Source: Nitrospirota bacterium (lineage in GTDB: Bacteria; Nitrospirota; UBA9217). Taken from it: 64,000 nt of DNA. Under the pieces are notes generated by a model. The model was not told the origin of the DNA. It was given only the letters and a program-made list of their open reading frames with translations, and searched no databases. The translations under genes were made by a program, and so were the position numbers. This document shows, in pieces, positions 1-8,315 of the stretch. Location: the NCBI GenBank assembly GCA_021814615.1, contig JAKAHZ010000002.1:17011-81010 (forward strand), in the 5' to 3' direction. Within the stretch, counting starts at the first letter, position 1. Every line of letters begins with the position of its first letter.

Positions 1-16
1 GGAGCACAGGGCGAAC

Positions 17-1285
17 TCAATCCAGGTCAGAGCCATGGTCCTCCTTCCTTCCGCCGTGCGCTGTTGGCGATGCATCCGACCGACTGCGTCCTGCGGCTTC
101 GCGCAGCATGAAACGCATGGCCAGGGGCGCAAGCAGCGTCGTCAGCGCGACGACGAAGACCACGACGGCATAGGACGCATCGTCGAAGATCGCGCTCCGC
201 TTCCCCACTTCGGCAAAGATGAGCCCGACCTCGCCGCGCGGAACCATGGCGATTCCCGTCGAGAGTTTTTCCCTGAATCCGCCCGGCGCCCATATGCCGC
301 TCGCCATTTTGCTTACCACGGCGACGACCGTCAGGACGCCGGCGAATCCCCAGAATGCGCCCGATGTCATGTCGATGGCCCGCAGGTTGATCGAGACGCC
401 GACCATGACAAAGAAGACCGGCACAAAGAGATCGATGATCGGCGTCATGCTTGCCTCAAGCTGCTCGGCAAGCCGATGGCTGTAATGGTCGATGCTCGCT
501 CCCAGAGGGAGAAAGAACCGTCGCGCCAAAGCTATGCCCGCGGCAAAGGAGCCCAGGATCTCGGGAGCGCCCACGCGGTGCGAAATGACCGCAAGTCCGA
601 GGATCAGCGATACGATCAGCGTCGGGATCATCCCCTTGGTCCGGCCCGAATCGGCCAGTCTCGCCAGAAGGGGCACGAACAGCTTGGCGATCACCGGCGC
701 GAGAATGAGAAAGATGAGAATAAAAACGAGGATCCGCAAGGTCGCTGCGATGCTGACGGTCCCCTGCACCGCAAAATCGTAGAGTACCGCCAGAACCACC
801 ACCCCGATCACGTCATCCAAGACCGCCGCGCCCAGCACAATGCGCGCCATGCGGCCGGTATGCCGGTTCAAATCCTTGAGCACGCGCACCGTGATGCCGA
901 TGCTCGTGGCCACGATCGTACCTCCGACAAAGAGCGCGGGGATCGTCGCCATGCCGAACCCATAGCGGGACACCCAATAGCCGAAGGCGCCGGGGACAAC
1001 GACTCCCGTCACGGCGACCAGCGTCGACCGGACGCCCTCCTTCACGAGCTGCCCCACATCCGTCTCGAGCCCCACCTCGAAGAGCAGCAGCAGGATCCCG
1101 ATCTCCGCGAGCAGGTGCAAAGGCGTTTCGGGCGCGACAAAGCCCAGGACGCTGGGACCGATCACCAGCCCCGCAACCACCTCGCCCAGCACCGACGGAA
1201 TCGCCAGCCGGCTGGCGGACTCCGCGAACAGCTTGGCGGCCAGGAGGATCACCAGCAGTTTGAGAAAGAAATCGGAAGCCTCCAT
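17..1285 (-). CDS. Monovalent cation:proton antiporter (CPA2, KefB/NapA-like)
   Basis: Polytopic hydrophobic protein with LLLFEVGLE, ATSIGIT, GAAVLDDV and MVPRGEVGLI motifs; start moved to MEASDFF (ATG at 1285). Confidence 0.9.
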   Translation of the reverse strand: MEASDFFLKLLVILLAAKLFAESASRLAIPSVLGEVVAGLVIGPSVLGFVAPETPLHLLAEIGILLLLFEVGLETDVGQLVKEGVRSTLVAVTGVVVPGAFGYWVSRYGFGMATIPALFVGGTIVATSIGITVRVLKDLNRHTGRMARIVLGAAVLDDVIGVVVLAVLYDFAVQGTVSIAATLRILVFILIFLILAPVIAKLFVPLLARLADSGRTKGMIPTLIVSLILGLAVISHRVGAPEILGSFAAGIALARRFFLPLGASIDHYSHRLAEQLEASMTPIIDLFVPVFFVMVGVSINLRAIDMTSGAFWGFAGVLTVVAVVSKMASGIWAPGGFREKLSTGIAMVPRGEVGLIFAEVGKRSAIFDDASYAVVVFVVALTTLLAPLAMRFMLREAAGRSRSDASPTAHGGRKEDHGSDLD

Positions 1286-1312
1286 CGCGCCTGCACCCCC
1301 CCTGTACAAAAC

Positions 1313-1354
1313 AAAAAAGGCCGGCAGAAGCATTTGTCATGCCCTTTGCCAGCC
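1313..1354 (-). terminator. Intrinsic terminator inside the antiporter 5' leader (attenuator-like)
   Basis: Minus-strand stem GGCTGGCA...TGCCGGCC followed by TTTTTTGTTTT, about 28 nt before the start codon. Confidence 0.7.
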
Positions 1355-1419
1355 CCCTTTCCCGCGAAACAGCTTTTCGCGAGCGCGTCAGTCCGCCAAA
1401 AAACCCTATGTTCGCTTTT

Positions 1420-1448
1420 AGTATACGCACGAGAGCATCCCCTGTCAA
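1420..1448 (-). promoter_or_regulatory. Sigma70-type promoter
   Basis: Minus strand TTGACA-17 nt-TATACT. Confidence 0.75.
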
Positions 1449-1470
1449 CTGCGTGGATTGTTCCTCGGCA

Positions 1471-2478
1471 TTATCTCTCATTGACGACGTGTCCCGGAAT
1501 TGCCTTGCAGACCACAAACCAGAACAGGAACGGTGCGGCGATTCCGAATCCCCGGACGGTCCACATCACCGTAATCAGTGAAGGCTGATCCAAACCGCTC
1601 GCAAAAGCCACCGCGTATGCGGCGAGGGTTGCACTATGCTGAACACATAACAATCCGACGGCCAAAGCTCCGCGTTGAGCCGCTGTTGCTCCCTGGTTGA
1701 AGGGAAGGGAACCGCCGACGAGAGCGGCAACAATGATGCCGTTAAAAACCTCAAAAAACAGATCCACGTGCAGGATGCCGCCGGCCGTGCGCAACAGCAC
1801 TACTCGCCCCCGGCTCGCGACCTCCAGCCCTGCGCTTGCTCCCGCTCCCACGATGTGCAGCAGCCCGTTCGTTGCCGCAGCAATACACCGCGCATAATCG
1901 TCGATTGCCAGAAGCATCAGCCCCAAAGCGCAGAGGCCGGCAAGAACCGACAAACCGACGGCCTTCGCGGTTTTTCTCGTGATTCGGACGCTTCTCGCAA
2001 CCCAGAGATACCAGGTGACGAACACGGCGACGGCAAAAACGCCTTGCAGCAGGTAGGCATGGACGAGATCAAAGAGATTTCGCGCATAGTTCCCGACCAT
2101 GCCAAGCACGCCGATACGGATGATATTCATCGAAAAGACCACCGCGACGCCCGCTGCTATGCCGACGCCGCGATACGCTCGGGAATATGCCGGATGCGCG
2201 ACAACACCGGCGCTGAATATCGCCAGGTAATGCAAGGCCGTGCACTCGTGCGTAATTTCCATGGGAAAGGCAAACAGCGTCAGATAGGGCCCCGACTGCG
2301 CAACGGGGCCCGCAAAAAGCCCCCAGAATCGCGCAGCGACGCCGGCGGTGAAGCTGTTCAGCCAGGCAAGCGAAAGCAGCTGCGCAAGCGCCAGGAATGC
2401 GGTCGCATAGAGGGCGAACAGAAGAACGAATCGTCCGTTCAGACTGACGGCCTCCCAAGTGTCTGCATGGTTCCGCAT
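1471..2478 (-). CDS. Exosortase/archaeosortase family protein (XrtH-like) with an extra C-terminal membrane domain
   Basis: Catalytic-triad motifs ITHECTA (Cys), MNIIRI (Arg) and LVHAYL (His) in a multi-TM protein; AGGAG RBS before ATG 2478. Confidence 0.8.
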   Translation of the reverse strand: MRNHADTWEAVSLNGRFVLLFALYATAFLALAQLLSLAWLNSFTAGVAARFWGLFAGPVAQSGPYLTLFAFPMEITHECTALHYLAIFSAGVVAHPAYSRAYRGVGIAAGVAVVFSMNIIRIGVLGMVGNYARNLFDLVHAYLLQGVFAVAVFVTWYLWVARSVRITRKTAKAVGLSVLAGLCALGLMLLAIDDYARCIAAATNGLLHIVGAGASAGLEVASRGRVVLLRTAGGILHVDLFFEVFNGIIVAALVGGSLPFNQGATAAQRGALAVGLLCVQHSATLAAYAVAFASGLDQPSLITVMWTVRGFGIAAPFLFWFVVCKAIPGHVVNER

Positions 2479-2588
2479 AGGACTCCTCCCCTCCTTTCCC
2501 GGCAGTGGCACCCGAGACCCGCGGTCGATGAATGCCGATCCGCACGGGCCGGGAGAAACCTCCCGCCCGCCGGATCGACTTGCTCTCT

Positions 2589-4292
2589 CTAGCGTGTTTC
2601 AGCCCGCTTCTTGCGACTCCGCTGGGTAACGAAAAGCACCATGCCGGCGGCAAGGACTGCATAGACATACGCATTTCCGGCTGGTGACTGTGTTACGCCC
2701 GCAGGCGGTGCACCTGTTCCGACCGTGGACGAGACCGTGCTGCTCGTAACCGCCCCGTGGTTCGCATCCGCTGCCGTGGTAACGCTGGTTGTCGTGCTGG
2801 ATCCGTTCGCCGCGCCCGCCGTCGCGCTGACCGTGAGATTCGTCGTCTGGAAGGATCCCCCCGTGATGGGGCCGATCGTCGCTGCCAGCGTCGAGGCGTT
2901 GAAATTCGCGTTGGGCGCTGCAGGAACATCGGCGGACGACAACGCAAAGGTCGTGTCCGCGCAGGACGCACTGTCATTGTTCGTAACCTGGACAACGTAG
3001 GTGATCGATCCGCCCGGAGCCAGGGTTTGCGAGGCCGGCGACAGGGTTATCGCGGGATTCGCCCGGGTGCAGACCGGGGCAGAGATGGTCAACGTGGCCG
3101 ATGCCGTATCGCTGTAGGTCGGCGTTCCGAGGGTTCCGGACGCGCCCGTGACCCGCGCGCCCAGAGTGTTCCCGACGGTCGCGCCCGACGCTATATTCGC
3201 GGTGATGAGATAGTTCGCGGTCGCTGTGGAAACGTTCTCCGGCGACGTGAAGGTCACCGTGGCCGTTCCCGCTCCGATCGAGAACGAACTCGGGACCAAC
3301 GTATCGACGCCTGCGTCATATACGCCGAGCGTGCCGGCATCCAGGTAAACGCCGATATTCGTCACATTTGCCGCCGTGAACTGCGCGCTCGTCGTGAGCG
3401 TGAGGGTGTTGATCTGACCGGCGCCGGACGACATGGCCGTGGTGAAGCTGTCGATTGCATTGTTGGTCGAGCCCTGCTGAGCGTTCGCATTTGCCACTGA
3501 CGCGCCGTCGCCGACGGTAAGATTGCCGGAAGCGCCGGATGCGGGATTGATGGTCGTGAACGCGAGACCGGCATAGGTGTTACCGGTCCAGGTGAGTGCC
3601 GGTCCCGTTGCGCCGGCGCTGGGAAAGGATTTAACGGCCACGCAGGAATACGCGGTGCCGACCGTTTGAGGCGTGTTCCCGGTGTATGATTCGTTGTTCG
3701 TGGGAGCCCCGGCCAGGCTCTGGGTGGATCCGAAGATGCCGTATCCGCCCGCGTTGACGTTGAGCGTGCCGAGCGTGACGGATGCCGTATTGCTGTTGTA
3801 GATCTGGTAGGTCCCGTTGATCGGGGTCGTCTGGTCCACGCCCGCGAGCGTTGCGATATATACGCTCATTCCGCTTCCCACGTTGTTGTTTGTCACAGTG
3901 ACGGTAGTTCCCGACGCGGCGGCGATGTCGGATTCGTTGAGGTAAAAGAACCAGCTCTGCCTTCGTTGATTATTCGGCGAGTTCACGATCGCGCGAGCGG
4001 GAATGTTATTGGTTCCGTAGGAGACAGTGATCGTCGTTGCCGTCGTGTTGTTGGTGTGATCGTGAACGCTGATCAGGACGATCCTGTTCGAACCCGCCGA
4101 GGGCGTGAACGACGTCGTGGCGGGTGATGCGGCGACATTGGCGATCTGAGGCGCGGCAGGCCAGGGATCCAGCTCCGATACGGCGGCTTGAGCCTGTTGC
4201 GGGGCAATCCATCCCGTCGACGCCAGCGCGCAGAAGACGGCGGCCAGCAGCAGGATAACTATGTGTCGATTGTTCCGTGTATATTCGTTCAT
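2589..4292 (-). CDS. Secreted Thr/Ser/Ala/Asn-rich surface protein with C-terminal sorting signal (probable exosortase target)
   Basis: Signal peptide ending AQA-A, beta-rich Ig-like domains, tail SPAGN + hydrophobic helix + RSRKKR; GAGGAG RBS before ATG 4292. Confidence 0.85.
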   Translation of the reverse strand: MNEYTRNNRHIVILLLAAVFCALASTGWIAPQQAQAAVSELDPWPAAPQIANVAASPATTSFTPSAGSNRIVLISVHDHTNNTTATTITVSYGTNNIPARAIVNSPNNQRRQSWFFYLNESDIAAASGTTVTVTNNNVGSGMSVYIATLAGVDQTTPINGTYQIYNSNTASVTLGTLNVNAGGYGIFGSTQSLAGAPTNNESYTGNTPQTVGTAYSCVAVKSFPSAGATGPALTWTGNTYAGLAFTTINPASGASGNLTVGDGASVANANAQQGSTNNAIDSFTTAMSSGAGQINTLTLTTSAQFTAANVTNIGVYLDAGTLGVYDAGVDTLVPSSFSIGAGTATVTFTSPENVSTATANYLITANIASGATVGNTLGARVTGASGTLGTPTYSDTASATLTISAPVCTRANPAITLSPASQTLAPGGSITYVVQVTNNDSASCADTTFALSSADVPAAPNANFNASTLAATIGPITGGSFQTTNLTVSATAGAANGSSTTTSVTTAADANHGAVTSSTVSSTVGTGAPPAGVTQSPAGNAYVYAVLAAGMVLFVTQRSRKKRAETR

Positions 4293-4514
4293 GTTTTCCG
4301 AACTCCTCATGTTATTGACAGGCTCGCTGCACGGACGAGGGGCCGTGCTCGTCAAGGCCGGAATGCCGCCTGCAGGCGCATCCGTTCCTTTTCGCCGCAG
4401 CGGGGGCAAAACCGCATGGCGAGGTCAACGGGCGCGCATGCCGTCCTCGGCGCACCTCCGCTGTCAGCGCGGGCCGTCATGGTTTTGGGAAAGGGATTGA
4501 AAATGCTGTTGTGT

Positions 4515-4973
4515 CTAGGAAAGCAACGCGGGGGGAGACAAGCCGGTATTCAGTACGAGATAGCCGTCAGTTTCACGCAGGAGCGGGGCCGGTGTTTCGC
4601 GGAAAATAACGGATGCCGTTTCCGTCTCAAAACTGCTCTGAGGAAGAATGAGGATCCTGATGGTTGGTCTGAGGTCGAGGCGCTGGCGCACGATGGTGCG
4701 TTTCTTCCTGACCAGCACAATATCTCCGTCCTGCTGTGTACCGATGGCCTGGGTGTCGCCGGAAGGAGGCTCATAAGCGTCGTCATCATCGGACAGACAG
4801 GCAAAAATAATGTTCTCCCAGACAATATCGGAGGGGGAATGCTTGACCGCCTTGCCGGACTTCGTCCCGAAGCACTGCCCCGCACCGACGGCGTACATGG
4901 ACACCGGAGTCAGTGCATAGAGAGCATAGAAAAGGAAAAAAATCCGACCGATTACGCGCGTTTTATGCAGCAT
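4515..4973 (-). CDS. Membrane-anchored hypothetical protein ending GLSPPALLS (paralog of 7693-8133)
   Basis: N-terminal TM; shares FLxYxxYAxxP, IVWxN, DGxxxLxxKKR and GLSPP with the ORF at 7693-8133. Confidence 0.75.
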   Translation of the reverse strand: MLHKTRVIGRIFFLFYALYALTPVSMYAVGAGQCFGTKSGKAVKHSPSDIVWENIIFACLSDDDDAYEPPSGDTQAIGTQQDGDIVLVRKKRTIVRQRLDLRPTIRILILPQSSFETETASVIFRETPAPLLRETDGYLVLNTGLSPPALLS

Positions 4974-5048
4974 GGGTCATTGTACCATGTTTTATACTGC
5001 CCAACAAGTTTTATTATACTTTACTATTTTTTCGTGAACGTCATGTCT

Positions 5049-6836
5049 TCACGCCAGCCCGCCCTCTTTCCGGAGGACCTCCCGGTTGTACGCCGCGATC
5101 ACGTCCCTGCGCCGCACCATGCCGATGACGCTTTTCGAACCTGCCTCCCGCACCACGGGAATCTCCTCGATATCCTTGACCGAGAACTTTTCCATGGCCT
5201 TGTTCAAATCATCGTCAGGCGTGAGCACCATCACCTTTTCCGTGGCGATGTCCCCCGCATTCACGATGCGGGTGATCCGTTCCTCGAGCAGCACGGGACG
5301 CACGTCGTGGATGGAAACGATCCCCAGGAGGTCGCCCGACGCATCGACCACGGGGAGATAAAACCGCTCCTGCTCGACCATGATCTCCAGCAGACGGCGC
5401 AACGGCGTCTTGGGCAGGACCGTCGTTACGTCGGAAACCATGACCTGGGCGACCTTGATGCGGCCCATGACCGATCGTTCCTTGCCCGCATGAAGCCGGA
5501 TGCCTCTTCTCGCGAGTTCCGCCGTGTCGATGGAGTCATGGTACAGGCGTTTTGCGATCATGGTGCCGATGATGGCGCTGAACATGAGCGGGACAATGAT
5601 CCGATAGTTGCCCGTCATTTCAAAGAGCAGGAATATGCCGGTGAGCGGAGCATGGGTTGCCGCTGCCAGGAACGCGCCGATCCCCACGGTCGCATAGGCG
5701 CCGGGAGTCGCCGTTGCCTGGGGGAACAGGGCATGCGCCACATACCCGAAACTGCCGCCGGTCATTGCTCCGATGAAAAGCGCCGGCGCAAACACGCCGC
5801 CCGCTCCGCCGGAACCCAGGGTGATGGATGTGGCCGCGATCTTCATGAGCACCAGGAGGGCCAGGACGGGAAAGAGCATGTCTTGTCGCAGCGCCGACTC
5901 AATGACGCCGTAGCCGTTTCCCATGACCTGCGGCAGGAATATGCCGATGCACCCCACCAGAAACGCTCCAAGGACGGGCTTCAGTTGCGGATGGAGCCTC
6001 AGGGCGTCGAACTCGTCCTTCAGACGATAGAAGGTCCGGATATAGAAGACAGCGGCCAGACCGGTGACCACGCCGAGCAGGAGATAGAGCGGGAGTTCAG
6101 CGATACTCTGGAGCTCGTACTGCGGAACAAGGAACGCGGGATTGGCCCCGTAGTAACCGCGGGAGACTACCGTCGCCATGCCCGAGGCGATCACAATGGC
6201 GGCGAAGGAAGCGATCTCGTAATCGCCGAGCAGCACGATCTCGGTGGCGAACATGACGCCGGCAATCGGCGCGTTGAAGGTTGCGGCAATGCCGGCCGCC
6301 GACCCGGCTGCGATCAGGAGCTTCGTGCGGCCTTCCGATGTGCCGAGGAAGCGCCCGACCGCTGAGCCCACGGTCCCGCCGATGATGGCGATCGGCCCTT
6401 CGACGCCCGCCGAACCGCCGGAGCCGATGGTAAGCGCCGGCCCGAGGATCTTGAGCATGATATTCCGGAGTTTCAGGAACCCGCCCCGGATGTTCACCGC
6501 TTCGAGAAAGCCTGCGAATCCGTACCCGTTCACTTCGCCGGGAAAGCGGAGGGACAGGGGAATGAGCAAGAACGCGCCGGTCATGGGCAGAAGCGGGAGG
6601 AGCAGGCTGCGCCAGCCTCCCGATGCGACACCGAGCAACCGGGACCCCTGCTCGAACACGACCATATGGACGAAATGGAGGGTGGAACGGAACAGGATGT
6701 TCGCTGCAGCGGCCAGGAGCCCGACTATGACGGAGGAGAACACGAGGAACATGCCTTCGTTCGCCCGCATGTCCGCTCCCAGGCCCTGGACCCGGCGCAG
6801 CATCTTCCTCAAGTGCGTGGACACGTCATCATTCAT
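5049..6836 (-). CDS. CLC chloride channel/transporter with C-terminal CBS pair
   Basis: GSAGVEGP, AATFNAPIAG and GGVFAP motifs, then two CBS domains. Confidence 0.92.
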   Translation of the reverse strand: MNDDVSTHLRKMLRRVQGLGADMRANEGMFLVFSSVIVGLLAAAANILFRSTLHFVHMVVFEQGSRLLGVASGGWRSLLLPLLPMTGAFLLIPLSLRFPGEVNGYGFAGFLEAVNIRGGFLKLRNIMLKILGPALTIGSGGSAGVEGPIAIIGGTVGSAVGRFLGTSEGRTKLLIAAGSAAGIAATFNAPIAGVMFATEIVLLGDYEIASFAAIVIASGMATVVSRGYYGANPAFLVPQYELQSIAELPLYLLLGVVTGLAAVFYIRTFYRLKDEFDALRLHPQLKPVLGAFLVGCIGIFLPQVMGNGYGVIESALRQDMLFPVLALLVLMKIAATSITLGSGGAGGVFAPALFIGAMTGGSFGYVAHALFPQATATPGAYATVGIGAFLAAATHAPLTGIFLLFEMTGNYRIIVPLMFSAIIGTMIAKRLYHDSIDTAELARRGIRLHAGKERSVMGRIKVAQVMVSDVTTVLPKTPLRRLLEIMVEQERFYLPVVDASGDLLGIVSIHDVRPVLLEERITRIVNAGDIATEKVMVLTPDDDLNKAMEKFSVKDIEEIPVVREAGSKSVIGMVRRRDVIAAYNREVLRKEGGLA

Positions 6837-6974
6837 GTGGTTCAGCGACGGCGCGGAGCGAACTCCCGGCGCATCTGCTGTGCCGACAGCTTAGCAAGTT
6901 CTCCCGGAAAAGGCAACCGTTGGCGATCGCTCGTGGGCGATCGCTCGCGAGATCGGGGCGCTTCAGTCTCTGCC

Positions 6975-7010
6975 AAGAAAACAGGGTGCCGGATCATGCT
7001 TCCGGCACCC
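6975..7010 (-). terminator. Intrinsic terminator after pal
   Basis: 10-bp stem GGGTGCCGGA/TCCGGCACCC followed by TGTTTTCTT on the minus strand. Confidence 0.65.
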
Positions 7011-7034
7011 GCATACGATGGGCTGCTTCGGTTT

Positions 7035-7583
7035 CTATTGCGCCACGAAATCGTCGCGCCGGTTCTTCTGCCAGCATGCGTCCGTATCCTCGGTGCACGC
7101 AGGCTTTTCCTTCCCGTAGCTGACAAGCGAAATGCGCTTCGCCGTGATCCCCATGGCGGTCAGATACTTCTTTGCCGATGAGCTCCGGCGCTGCCCGAGC
7201 GCCTGATTGTATTCGATGGTGCCGCGGTCGTCGCAGTTCCCTTCGATGGAGATCTTCATCTTCGGATTTGCCTTGAGATACTCCGCGTTCGCCTTCATTG
7301 CCGCCTTCGCGTCCTCCCGGATCGTTGCGCGGTCATAATCGAAATATACGGCCTGCAGGCCTGCGTTGGCGCGTGCCGCGGCCTCCTTTGCCTGTTCCTC
7401 CTCCGCTTTCCGCGCGGCGGTCGGTTCGCTGCTTTTCGCTCCCTCGGCAGCCGCAGGCGCGGGCGCGGCCGCCACCTTCTGAGCCTCCGGCGTGGAACTT
7501 ACTTCCGTTTTCTTGGGACAGCCGGCAAGGACGACAAGTCCGAGACCGGCGATCATCATCAGAAACCAATGCGTCATCTTCAT
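7035..7583 (-). CDS. pal: Peptidoglycan-associated lipoprotein (OmpA-C domain)
   Basis: Lipobox LAGC; VYFDYD, IEGNCDDRGTIEYNQALGQRR, SYGKEKP and KNRR motifs; AAAGGAGG RBS. Confidence 0.92.
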   Translation of the reverse strand: MKMTHWFLMMIAGLGLVVLAGCPKKTEVSSTPEAQKVAAAPAPAAAEGAKSSEPTAARKAEEEQAKEAAARANAGLQAVYFDYDRATIREDAKAAMKANAEYLKANPKMKISIEGNCDDRGTIEYNQALGQRRSSSAKKYLTAMGITAKRISLVSYGKEKPACTEDTDACWQKNRRDDFVAQ

Positions 7584-7692
7584 GCGATCCTCCTTTGATC
7601 GGTTGTTCCGGGGCGTCGACCGGCGTCCGCGCGCCGCGTACGGCGGCGGAGCGTCATCGTCTCCGGAAGGATGGGACTGATGCGTTGCGATA

Positions 7693-8133
7693 TCAGAGGA
7701 ACAGAGGAGGAGAAAGGCCGAGGTGGCGCGACAGCGCCTGATCATCATAGGGAGAAAAGAGATGCAGGGAAATCTCGCGTGCCCGCGGAGGCAGGCCCTG
7801 CATGTTCAATCCATCGGCACGTACCGTCGCTCCGAACAGCGGCTCGATGCGAAGCGAATCGGGAAGGACCGCCCGTTTCTTCTTGATGAGGATGAATTCA
7901 CCGTCCCGATCATCGGGGTCCCCGCTCTCGATGGCGGGCCGCTCCGGCCGGTCATGATCGACCAGGGAGGCAAGCAGCGCATTGACCCAGACGATTCCCA
8001 CGGTCACGCCTGACCCTCCCGCCGTCAAATCGCTTCTCCCGACAAAGGCGGAAGCATAGATCGGCGAGACGGCATAGACGGAATACAGCAGGAAGACGAC
8101 AACCTGAACCGCATATTTTATTCGCGCGTTCAT
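7693..8133 (-). CDS. Membrane-anchored hypothetical protein ending GLSPPLFL (paralog of 4515-4973)
   Basis: Start at MNARIKY; same motif order as 4515-4973. Confidence 0.75.
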   Translation of the reverse strand: MNARIKYAVQVVVFLLYSVYAVSPIYASAFVGRSDLTAGGSGVTVGIVWVNALLASLVDHDRPERPAIESGDPDDRDGEFILIKKKRAVLPDSLRIEPLFGATVRADGLNMQGLPPRAREISLHLFSPYDDQALSRHLGLSPPLFL

Positions 8134-8279
8134 CGGTGATATAGTAGCGCGGCCGGCAGCGCGCGGCAAGTAATTTCTCCCGCCCCGCCGTTTTCCGCGG
8201 CTGCGTGAATCCCTTCGGTTTTTCGGGCTGTCCGTCCCGATCCGCGATCTTCCCGGATTCTGCTGCCCGCGATTCACTC

Positions 8280-8311
8280 TTGCCTGACGTTATTCCCTGT
8301 GATATATTACG
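8280..8311 (+). promoter_or_regulatory. Promoter overlapped by a ModE-box-like inverted repeat
   Basis: TTGCCT-17-TATATT; overlapping CGTTAT-N9-TATATTACG resembles ModE operators. Confidence 0.5.
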
Positions 8312-8315
8312 ACTC

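Noticed and set aside
4188-6365. Long antisense ORFs (also 35-1588, 20841-22961, 25213-27495, 41095-42987, 59034-60698 and others)
   Set aside because: They are shadows of well-supported genes on the opposite strand, typical of GC-rich codon bias, and have no recognisable motifs.
6836-7035. Fluoride riboswitch upstream of the CLC gene
   Set aside because: No GGCGATGG...CGCC / GCTGATGAC pattern; only the pal terminator and a short GGCGATCGCTCG duplication are present.
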